From: Felis catus
Lineage: Eukaryota
Direction: 5' to 3'
Assembly: GCF_018350175.1 (NCBI RefSeq)
Contig: NC_058368.1
Span: forward strand, 151,344,001 to 151,408,000
DNA length: 64,000 nucleotides
Part shown: piece by piece, positions 1-10,229 of the stretch
Numbering within the stretch: the stretch's first letter is position 1
Layout of the letters: every line of letters begins with the position of its first letter
Notes under the pieces: generated by a model
What the model saw: the letters and a program-made list of their open reading frames with translations, nothing else
The model's database searches: none
What the model was told of the DNA's origin: nothing
Position numbers and translations under genes: made by a program

Positions 1-2239
1 TTGCTGTTAACATAAAAATAAGACTATTCACAAATCATTAGCTCTGAAGAAAGATGACATCAACATTGTGAGGTACTCCGCCTGTTGGACAAATACAAAA
101 AGAATCAATTGTGGCATACCTCTTGACTAAAGAGCATCAGTGAATAACTGCCTGCAGGGCTTGTTATATTTCTGAGTTGTATGTATGGTTTACAGTTGCG
201 GCCATGTGGTAATTGCACCAAGTTGACCATATTAATAGTGAGTTTATCTACACCATCTGCTGTTATATTGACATCTACGTTTTTCAACATAGCACCCTAT
301 TTTTGTTCGGTTATTTCTTCTTTTCCTTCTTCATTTCCAACCATCCCTACTGATATCTGCACCATTTCATGTTATCAAAAAAAGGAGGCTTTCAGTGGAG
401 AAGTGATGGATGGCAGGGCTAAGTGACCAAAGAACTCAGTAGAAAAAAGTTGTAATTCATGGCCCCATACAACTGTAAAAAGGTGAGTCTTCGGGTAAGA
501 AAGTATATGGAGTAAGCGTGAAAGAGACAGGAGGGTTTAAAAGAATCAAAGGAAATGGCTGACAGGATAGAGGAGAATGAGGACCATACATGTGTAGGAT
601 AACGGCAGAACAGTTCAGAGATTAAGATGGCATTAATGTGATCATCAGAAAGATACTTCAAAGTTTTGGCAACACACTCCAACAGCAGTAACTCCAAGGA
701 GCCTTCTGAAATCAGGAGCCAACAGGTGAGGTTTCCTTTAACTTTATTCTTGAATTGCAGTCAAGATTAACTTGTATAAGCCCCATTTTCTGATGTTTTA
801 GTTTGTTTCCAAAGCGCTGTTCCTTCCAGTTCATTTTTTCACTTATCCTCACAAGGTAGCTGTGATAGCTTCTGAGCAAATCTCCTGGCACCCAACTCTT
901 AGCTAATTCCATTAGAAAACACCGACTTTGTGTGTGAAAGGTGAAAAAAAATTCTATTAAATCGTTGCTAGATTTTTAGAACTATAGCTAAAGTTCAGGA
1001 AAGGCTTGGGGTTCCAAAGAGTAGAAAGATAGAGAAAAGAGCAAACGTATATATTCAGTATAAGCCAACAGAATTAACCTGGGCATTATTTGAGCTTTTG
1101 TTCCCTGAAGCCATGGATCAATGGTGCAGAAATAGACACTCACCTCTGACAAAGAAAAAGCATGGATACTGGCATGGGAGGGCATGGTTCCTTTTCTTTC
1201 AGCCCCAGATCAAATTTAAACCTGTGATTTTGGAGCTTACTCATCAGAGGAGAAATATCATGAGCTATTTGCTCTCTCTGCTGTAACACAGCTCTGGCAA
1301 GCCTGGAAGTTGTGTTGAGATCGTCAAATCTATAGTCAAGGACCATCTTTGTGAATCATGAAACCATATGCCACTGGTTGTCTGAATTGGAGGAAAAAAA
1401 CACCCCAAAACAAAAAAACCCAACTCTACACCAACGAAACTAGTGATGTGCTTAGACAGTGCCAAGGGCCATTTGACCATCTTACACCTTCTCAATCTAT
1501 GCATTTAAAAAATTTGTTGCTACTGCCTGAACCATGTAAAATACCAGAACTCCTGTAGTGCTAACAAGGAATAAAGATCTTGCACCAGATGGTGCCTCTT
1601 GTCTCCATCTATCTCTAGCCCAAACAATCTGCCAGAGTTTTGAAGAAAAATACGATGTGATCATGTTGCAAAGTATATGAAGAAACAGTATGAAAAGTAA
1701 TCTGGCTCAAGCATTGGAATCCAGAAAGAAGGAGATTATTATGACTGTGAGCCTATGGATGAGAGGGTATTGTTATCCCTGAATTTTAGTCCTTAAGACA
1801 AATGGTATACCTGGGCACAGCTGGAAGGTGAGTATCTCACCGAGATGTCTCTTAGCATCTCTGCAACATATTGACATCAGTGAATATAGTCAAAATTTCA
1901 GAAATTCATCTGGATATTTTTTATATATAACATAAAATGAACAGTTTGATGACTTTTATAAAATTGGGTATAAGGGATAGTACACAGAAGAACTTCATTT
2001 AACTTTTTTTTCCCTATATTTAGCCTTTCAAGGTCTGAATTTGGTCATCTTAGTGACAAGAACTTCGGTATAGTTTTTATGTCCCTTTTGCAAGATATTG
2101 TTACAATTTTCTTTCATAAGCTTGGATGGGATTTTTTTTGGTCATTTTTCTGCTTCTCTATAAGCCCTTTGTGGCCACCATGTTTTCAAGTATCCTGCAC
2201 TTCCAAACTTTGATCAGGGTATTGGTGCCCCTTTGCCAT
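1..2239 (-). pseudogene. EBLL: Endogenous bornavirus-like L (RdRp) element, degraded N-terminal part; continues past left window edge
   Basis: Manual minus-strand translation gives motifs colinear with BoDV-1 L as recalled (frameshifts between them): MAKGHQYPDQSL 2239-2204 (RTDQSL); QAYE/KIVTISCKRDIKTIPKFL 2124-2057 ([22 protein letters not shown]); LCTIPYTQF 1987-1961 (SCLMTYNHF); S*GL 1798-1787 (SQGL); QEFWYF 1555-1538 (QKSWYF); PPIQ 1393-1382 (WPPVH); DSQRWSLTID 1357-1328 (ELGRWSPAFD); DISPLMSK 1259-1236 (DFNDIVSDK); APDFRRLL 719-696; ISVGMV/EMKKE 356-323 (pre-motif A, LVPKEKELK); LTINM/STWCNYH 242-206 (motif A, FVINLDYSSWCNGF, 5-nt deletion inferred); KPCRQL 162-145 (PICRQL). Confidence 0.85.
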
Positions 2240-2266
2240 AAAATCCTTGACAATTTTATCTAACAC

Positions 2267-2618
2267 TTACAGGATCCTAACGTGCTTTATGATCAGGGGA
2301 TATTTAGTGGGAGAGAAAGAATCTTTCAGGTATTTTCTAGATGCAACTCATCTGAATAGACGGTTTAGTTTTAGGTTTACTTTTTGTGCTTGGCCTGGAG
2401 TGATGTAAATGGTAAGCCTAGAAAATAAGGATGATATGATAGAATTTAGTTCATTGGTGCCGTCAGCATGTGGTCTGCACGCTGATTCTGATCAGCAAAT
2501 GTGTGAAAGGTCTATGATGAGGCAAATACAGAAATTGAGAGTCAGCATTTAGAAACTTCTACAGCAATTTGACATAGCTGTGGCATCCAAGCATGTGATC
2601 ACTTTTCCAGAAGTTCAT
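2267..2618 (-). pseudogene. EBLM: Endogenous bornavirus-like matrix (M) element, degraded
   Basis: ATG at 2618. HSYVKL 2582-2565 (BoDV-1 M HSYVEL); QFLYLP 2537-2520 (QFLNIP); LTIYITP...LKLNR 2416-2360 (LSVYKDP...LRLNK); SRKYLKDSFSPTKYPLIIKHVRIL* 2341-2267 aligns ungapped with SKHAINAAFNVFSYRLRNIGVGPL (S,F,Y,L,V,L identical). Internal stops and at least one frameshift. Reference recalled from memory. Confidence 0.8.
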
Positions 2619-3778
2619 TTTATTTTAGTTTACCTAAGTATCAGTCCATGATGGATTGGAGGAAATAAAAACCATGTTCAGTAACCATGTTCAGACAGTT
2701 TAAGAGGCCTCACTCTAGAGTCCATAACTGCATCATGTTATGTAAGATGGATTGAAATAAAGACAATGGATCCACGCCCAAAGAGGACGTTACAGCAATA
2801 ATCTAGCTATGCGGTTACCATCCGTCAGGAGCTTTAATGATAACTGTGAAAGGAAAAGAACACAACAATCACTCTGGGAAGGAGTGGGATGTAGTTCTGA
2901 ATTGAATGGGCTGTGCAATCAGGAGACATGTGCATCCCCAAGCCTGGTAAGCAGCATGGATGGCATTGCTACCAGTTCACATAAGAGAGCCTCAGTGGAT
3001 AAAGAACCCTGCAAACACTAGGAATTCTGGCTTTTTAGTTTTCAGTTGGTGCTGGCAAAACATCTATTTAGAAATTTGCAATGAGCCATGAAAGACTGTG
3101 GATCTCAACTGAAGAGTTCAATATTAGAAATTTAGAACAGATGGGAAATTCTCCCTGATAGTTTTACAAAGAGAAAAGAAGTTCCCTCTTCACGTTTTCT
3201 ACTATTTGAGATGATATGGTTTGCAGTTTTTCTTTTCCCTTTCAAGGTAGATGTAGTCCGTGGAAGCAGATGAAGGACATGTACATGCTCAGAACACTTC
3301 TCTTTTTGCAGGGTGTGTTGGCACATTGCGAGCACTTGAAAAACGCCGGAGCTGGGTTAGCCCATTGAAACAGTCACAAAGCCTACTTAATGATGATGTA
3401 TCTAAATGATATTTTAAGTAAAGCTTTTGTTTGTTTGGTATTCCACATTTGAATTTCATCAAAGAAAGAAAATCAGAAATGAGTAGTGATTAACTCTTTC
3501 CAGGTTATCTCCATAAAACCTTTTTTTCCCTCCCTTTAACCTCTTAATAGAGTTGTGATAATGTTTTCAGTGCTAACAATAGTATCACTATGATTTCTGA
3601 TTCCTCATTGTACTATTATTAGTGATTTTGTTAATTTCATTTTAAACATTTTGTCAGTCTATACGATTTTTATGGGCTGTGAAAATGATCCATAGGAACA
3701 ATTGTTTTTATTGTTGCTTCTGTGGAAATTCTATTACAGAATTATGGCTGAGGGAAAGGGTGACACCTCATCTAATTC

Positions 3779-3819
<41 letters not shown>

Positions 3820-4540
3820 ACCACGTTCCTACCAGATGATCTCTTTGACTCCTTGGTGCAGGGAGTAAAGGAAATATTGGGACTCAGGTAAACATTCATC
3901 TCTCTGGGTCTAGGAGACACTGGCATTCACCAAAAATACAGTGTGGATTGTTTGTTTTTAAGGTATATCTCATAGAAGTATTAGCTTCACAGTTGGAAAG
4001 AGGTCCTTTTTTAAAAAAAAATTTTTCTATTATCAAATACCTAACCCATTCCCATTTTAGCCCTGCTGCCAAGGGAGGACAATTCCACTTGTTACTGGTC
4101 TCTGAGGGCATGAGGAGCAGAATGATCTTTCTCCCTGGGCTTTGGGAAGTATGTTGCTTGCTGGGTGTGAACCTGGCCTTGAACAAATGGCAGAGTCCAA
4201 GACCATGTATGCCAAGTAATCTCCCTTAGCTCATTAACATGTACAAAACACGTAGGCAAAATGGTAATTCCTGTTTTATTTTTTCCCTTTCCTTTCTCGA
4301 CCATCTTTCTAAAACTTCACATTGCCTCTCCTATTCATGTCTTTGTGTTCTTCCCTCTGTACGGGCATCATTTGATGGGCAAAGAGTGCCTGCTTACACA
4401 CTGCACGTCATTTGGGCTGTCGTCGAGTGTGCAGGGTATTTCAATGTGATTGCATCTGTATTCATCTACTGACAGAAGTGGCAATGTTGCAGACAGGGAT
4501 ATTTGCTATCGAAACAAACAAAGCGTGTGGTGTTATAGAT
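2619..4540 (-). pseudogene. EBLG: Endogenous bornavirus-like glycoprotein (G) element, near full length, degraded
   Basis: Colinear motifs vs recalled BoDV-1 G: LSA...CNHIEIPCTLD 4496-4422 (LSA...CNTDSTPGLID); CIFGEC 3940-3923 (CSFADC); VYLSPNISFTP 3893-3861 (AMLSDGSTLTYTP); CANTPCKKRS 3325-3296 (CANYTSSC...KRRRRD furin-site region); NIELFS*DPQSF...KFLN 3125-3066 (NVTFMAWNESTY...YFLN); KARIPSVCRVLY 3034-2999 (EARPGLKRVMW); AIHAAY 2964-2947 (PINHAY); DGW...DPLSLFQSIL 2826-2743 (SGW...NPLGWLRDLL). Both ends approximate; start codon not identifiable. Confidence 0.78.
3781..3821. repeat. (CA)n microsatellite lying inside the G-like element
   Basis: (CA)16 perfect at 3781-3812 plus degenerate extension. 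Confidence 0.98.
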
Positions 4541-5069
4541 TTGTATGCAAAACCTTCACAACAAAACTAAGTAGCTATTTACTTTAAATATGCCAATTAA
4601 CTGTTACTAATGTACAGTGCAATTCTAGGTTAAGGATGATTGATAGTAACACGCAGTGAAATGTTCTTAAACTACAGTCAGGAAATGTAAATGTACAAAA
4701 TGGAAAGAACCAGCAGCTGACAGCACTAGTTACATGTTTCAAAACAACACTTTCAAATTGTTCCTTCATCCTTTCTCTATTCTGCATTTCTACAGCCTGG
4801 TAGCCAGCACTATACTAAGAAAGTTTCAGAAAAGAGAAAATGTTTTAGTACGAAGTAAACATCATGGGCTTAATCTCATTTGTTTCACTCAGGCAGAACT
4901 CTTAGGAACCACAGTGGGAGTTTTGCTTGACTGAAGAGAATAGTATTGTCTCTTCTAAATGTCTGACATTGAATCTGTTGCTATTACAAAACTAATTAAA
5001 AGGAGAGATGACTTCTCCTTTAGTTGCTACACCCTGTCTCCACCGACACTCTTCTTCATTTGCCCTAGA

Positions 5070-5404
5070 CTAACACTATCCAAAAAAAATACAAAGAAAG
5101 CCACAAGTGCTAGCCACATATATATTTTTAAATTTTCTTGGAACTAAACTTAAGAAATAAAAAGAAACAGATGACATTAATTTTAATAACATTTTTATTG
5201 AGCCCAGTATTTCCAAACTGTTAGCATTTTAATACGTAGTCAATATAAAATATGAATAAGGTATTTTGAATTCTTTTCTCCATACCAGTTCTTTGAAATT
5301 TGGTGTGTATTTTGTGCATATAGCTTATGTCGATTTCAGAAGAACCACATCTTAAGGTTTTGGTAGCTTTCCGTGGCCAGACTCTACTATATGGGATAGA
5401 ACAG
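5070..5404. mobile_element. MER33-like hAT-Charlie non-autonomous DNA transposon
   Basis: Resembles recalled MER33 consensus throughout (agccacaagtgctagccacat...aaaagaaacagatgacattaattttaataa...ttggtgtgtatttt...gtggccag...ggatagaacag). Confidence 0.8.
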
Positions 5405-6261
5405 TTCTGTATATTGCCATTTAAGGACCAGTCTAGTGTGAGTGATTAAAATGATTACTTTGGATGGTCAGGAAAAGCTGGATGTGCATCCTCTATCGAC
5501 ACAATGATACAATTGCCGTTCAATTCTGTCAGTCACTGTTAAAGCCTGTCATTTTGTTGGGGAAAGATGAGTTAAATTCATAAACTCAGTCAGCTGATTG
5601 ATGATTTTACAAAGCTACCTGGCTTTTAAATGCTAACATATGTGTGCCAGGGATACATTATAAATATTCTCATACTAAAATCTCAAAAGAAAAATAGGGA
5701 ATTACTTAAAAAGTAAAAGTATAATGTCAAGGGCCTTTTGATATGCTTTAAATGCCAGTTGAACATTTTCATGACGCATTTTATCACAACAATAAAAATT
5801 GGGTGTGTATTGTTAGAAAAACTATCAGTAAGTGAGGATACTGTCTAGTAAACCCTCTAAGAAGGAAAACTGGATCTACTCAACTCCAGTTAATTATTTA
5901 TTAACACTAACTATAAACTAAAGAACATAGCGCAAACATGATTAAGCAGAAATTGAGCCTCAAACACGGGAGGAGATAATAAAAGAGGAGCTTTTGGGGG
6001 GGAGAACATTAGATTTTTCCAGAGTCAGACGAATTATATTAATTTACTGTTTTCTGTATGCAACACACTGGTCAAAGATGTGGAGGCAAATGACAACAAC
6101 AATAACAACACAGTTATGTCATGCTTGTTCAAGGTTAGGGAAGACATTTATGTGAGGACAAACCTCCAAAACAAACCATAATAAATTAAGTGCTGTAATT
6201 AAGGTAATTATCAGAAGTACTGAGATACTCTTTAAGTATGTTGTCTTTGAAGAGTCATGGA

Positions 6262-6770
6262 GTATTGTGGAAAGGCACCCATTTCTGCCCTTCTGCTTTG
6301 CTCTGCACTCCCCACCTCCGCAGGCTGCGTTTCAGTTTCCCAGATTTCTGTGTCAGCTGACTCTCCAGTGGGTGAAGCCAGTGGGAAGCTCAGTGGGAGA
6401 GTAAAGGGCTGGAGGAAGGGACAAGTCAGGTTATTTCCCCTATTTCTCTGTGCCTCGGGGGATATCTCTGGAAATGTCTCAGGTAATGTCTTCTCTATAG
6501 CTGTAACTCCTGCTCTCCATTCCTGTCACAGTTGCGTCTTTCTCCAGGTGACCGTCACCCCTGGCCCTGGTATCACAGACTCCTCCCTTTTATTCTCTAG
6601 CCTAGAAGTCCTAGTGACTTCCTGCTATTTCTGATCTGCGGTTGCCTCACCACCCCCTGTTCAGTGAGCCTTTCGGTGTCTGTGTAACCAATTCCCTGTA
6701 CTAAATCCACTCCCTTCCACTGTTTTAAATACTAAGACTCACCCTCCCCAGTTGAATTGTGACTAATATA
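6262..6770 (+). mobile_element. ERVL solo LTR, LTR33 family-like
   Basis: ggaggaagggacaagtcaggttatttcccc...ggtgaccgtcacccctgg...tgtgtaaccaattccctgtactaaatcc...gactaatata matches recalled LTR33 blocks. Confidence 0.75.
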
Positions 6771-6779
6771 GAATGAAAG

Positions 6780-7340
6780 ATAGATTCTGGAAACAAAAAT
6801 GAGCCAAGTGCCAAATGAATTATTAAGCAGATTGCGTATGTGCACCCAAAAGCAGGCAGTGATCACTAACAGCCAACATGAGTTCCTCAGCAGCAATCAT
6901 GACCAATTCACTTCGCTTATTTAATTGGTGGTTACAGACGTACTGGCATTAGTACGTGAGCAGTGCCTTTGAAGTGATCTCTCATGATGTCCTTGTGGTT
7001 AAGAGACACATGTGCTGGATGATACAGATTTAGTCAGGTTTATAGGCTGTACTGGAAAATACCTAGAGGGAACCATGGCTGCTATTCAATATTTGAAGAG
7101 GGATTAGATTAAATCTTTGAAACACTAGAGGCTAGAGCCAGGATCAATGTTTGAAGTTCAGGGAATCTGATTTTGGCTCAGTAAATGGAAGTGCATTCTA
7201 AGAATTAGACTTCTTCAGAAATGGAATAGGTGCTCTATGAGGAAGATGATTTCTGTCCCTGTTTGTATCCAGACACATTTTACCAGATTTTTTTTAAAGA
7301 GATCCTTGCATTTCACTTGAAATATATTAGTCTGAAAGGC
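6780..7340 (+). mobile_element. L3/CR1 LINE fragments
   Basis: Degenerate CR1 RT segment (agccaacatgagttc..., gcctttgaagtgatctctcatgatgtccttgtgg) followed by CR1 3'-end-like sequence. Confidence 0.55.
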
Positions 7341-8129
7341 TCTTCCCACTGAAAGCTGGAGAACGTATGAATATGGTTATCCATGCTTGATACTAGCGTG
7401 ACACCAGATGTAACTTTGTCATTGGATTAGATTTCAGAAGGAGCCCCAAAACTTTCACTGCCTCCAGGTGATCATGGTTAATGTTAATGATCATTGTCCT
7501 GCTGAAAACCAATTAATCAAATTTCCTGGTTTATAGAAGCACAAATGTACGGTTTTTTAGTTCAGGGATAAAAGGCTTTTGTCTCACTTTGAGAAAATCA
7601 ACATATGAAGGAAGGGGCATAAAGCATGAGCAAACACTACGTAAACATTAATGGATGCATTTAGAATATAAAGATATGCATACAAGAAATTTTGAAGGTT
7701 TTCATGAGGAGTGACATCAGTCTCGTGTGGGTTAGTTGTCAGGACAAAACTTGACTTCATAAGAAAGTTTTTGCAGAAGATGAAAATTTTAGCAGGTATT
7801 TTTATCACCTGCTATGACAGAAAACATTTGAACTTCAGCTATAATCAATCAGTCAATCATTCAACAAGTTTTCATCAAGCACCTGCTATATGTCTAGCAT
7901 CAGAGATAGCCAAGGGCAAAAATTTTAAGCAGGAGGAATTGTTTTCTTGTCTCTTTTACTCTGCCCTTGCCCACTGCCTGATGTCAAGAATTTGAAAGAT
8001 TTTCAATGACCTGTAGGTGTCTGAGAAAATGTTTTACAATAAGACACAAGATATATCCTAAGTAACATTACTTGTAGAATAGGGGTATGAATGAGTGAAT
8101 ACATGAGTTCACCTCCATTAAGAGGATTT

Positions 8130-8460
8130 TATTCACTTGTTTCTGATGAACATGTTTTGAGTACCTTCTATAAACAAAGCCCCGAATGAATTACATATTG
8201 TTCCCACTTTCATAAATTTCCAGGATCGTGATGATAAATCCATGCATACAGAGCTAATTGTAATACAATATAAGTGCTGTGCTACAGGTATTAACACAAT
8301 GCTATGGTAACACAGAGGAGGATATGATTAATTTATTAATTTTGCTGCAGTGGGGGTTGGGTGAGAGGCCAGAGCTGACATGGGAGAAGCTTCAACATAG
8401 AAGAGGCAACATATAAACTGAGACTAAAAGAAAAAAATACCTCTTTCTGCAGGAAAAGAA
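8130..8460 (-). mobile_element. L2 3' fragment
   Basis: attcacttg...ttgagtaccttcta...taatacaatataagtgctgtgctacaggt...tgctatggtaacacagaggag typical of antisense L2. Confidence 0.55.
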
Positions 8461-10229
8461 TCCTGTAAGCAGTAAAAAGAGTTTAGGTGGAGGCTTAAAG
8501 GCATTTGCTTTTTAACAGCTATAGGTTTTCACTGGCGTTAACCAGGGGTCAAAGCACCTTTGTGGGAATTTAGGGAGGTATTATCTCAATTAGACTCTTC
8601 ATGGAAAGCTTTATTCTTCAGTGTAGGGTCAGCATGGTCAATTCCTCTGCTATATACTAATATATCAACAGTGCCTAATAATTACTCGTAGTGGTCTGAT
8701 AGATTCAGTGAGTAATGCACATGGAGTTTTTAGGTTTTGAGCAAAAATATTCAATTTAAGCCTTATGCATTAATTCTTCCTTTCAAAATCAACATCTGCT
8801 AGCCCCCTTTTTCAGCAAAGTGTTTACATAGTAGAAGTAAATTCATCTATGGCATGACACACAATAATATTAATGTACCACTAACAAGATTTTTTTCTTT
8901 AAAAACAAGTCTTTATGACTTCAGCTCTGGTCTGCTAGCACTCTGATCTTTTAGCACCTGCCATCACTTGTGGCAGCTCACAGAGCAAGGGCACCTCCCA
9001 CATATCTAGATTTCCTGTTTTTCTTTTGGGCAGGAGCATTGAAAAGAACAACTTTCAGGCAAAAGAAACAAGGTCAAAAGACTGGATTTGCTAGTGGATT
9101 TGCTGTCCAAAATCTACTTGGAGGATCAAACTGCAGGAGCTATAGCCTGAAGAATTTCTGTAATAAACCGGAAACAATTACTAAAAGGAAACATGTCGAA
9201 AAATATTTCTTTCAGCTAGGAAGGTGTTTTAGTCAGAATTTTTCTAGGATTATGAAATTTGCAATTAATTTACAGCAAGTTTTAATTTAGTTCTTAATTT
9301 TACTGGCCAAAATCTTGTTCTACTTTGGATCTACTGTTTTTTTCATTCCAGAGTGAATGCCATTTTTAAGGGGCGGTTTAAAAACCAATAATTTAATCCA
9401 CATTCTGCTAAAACTTTTAGTATAAGTGCTTTACTCAGAAGTATCTTTTTCTTTCTTAAAAAATCTGATTTTAATTGCCAAACTCATTTTTACAAATCAA
9501 TTCAATGAAAAAAATTCTATGGTTTCCATTGTTTTTTTTTCTTTCTTAAACCCAAGGGAAAAAGTGGGTGAACAACAACAAAAAAAAAGCACTCCATGTA
9601 GAGTCTTCTTTAATGTCTCATTTTGGTGATGTATGAAATCAAAACCAAATTGTTTGAACCAGCCATAAGGCTTAGTTTGAATTATCCAGGGTGCTTGTGT
9701 TTTGCAGTCATTTCTTGTGATGATTTTATTTTGTTCCTTTGGTATGAACCACCATATTAACATATGCTAAATAAGGGACAATTTTTAAATATACATGTTT
9801 TGGTTACTAAATCTGCCTCTACTTTTGTCTGTGTCAAAAATTATGCCGGAGTTTCCAGTAAGAATGTTAAAGACAAGATAAGTAGAAAAAAACAACTAAA
9901 AGGGACCTAAATGAGATGAACAGGAGTTTATTTGGTAAAGACTATCTTTTATGATTCTGCTCTTTAGGGGAGAATGTAATATTTTCTCATTTGAATATTT
10001 TATGATGAAAAAGTGTTTAGACAACTTAAACCCAACAAAGAACCCGAGTCATTTATGTGCATATTAAGTGTGTATATTATAATGCAGTCAAATGGACTGG
10101 GTTCTAGAGCTAAGTGAAATCATCTTATATATGGTCACTACCAGTAAATGATCAGAAGAGACTGAATGATTCAAGATCTCTCACTGCAAAGTGTTTTTAA
10201 GAAGAGATTTCTTTCCAACATTCTGAGTA

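Noticed and set aside
105..290. ORF with QLP...Y...PAG, superficially like bornavirus M (LQLP...EPAG)
   Set aside because: It lies in the L motif A region by colinearity, and a much better M match exists at 2267-2618.
1328..1400. FFPPIQTTSGIWF as bornavirus G YYPPVDYNGRKYF
   Set aside because: Flanking motifs (WYF, RWS, DISPLMSK) place it in L as the WPPV equivalent.
2452..2484. QRADHMLTAPM as the L N-terminal DxxLxxP motif
   Set aside because: It overlaps the M-like segment in another frame; PDQSL at 2218-2204 fits better and lies after the M stop.
4584..4787. Minus-strand ORF upstream of G as a phosphoprotein remnant
   Set aside because: Only vague helical character and no recognisable P motif; cannot be supported without a search.
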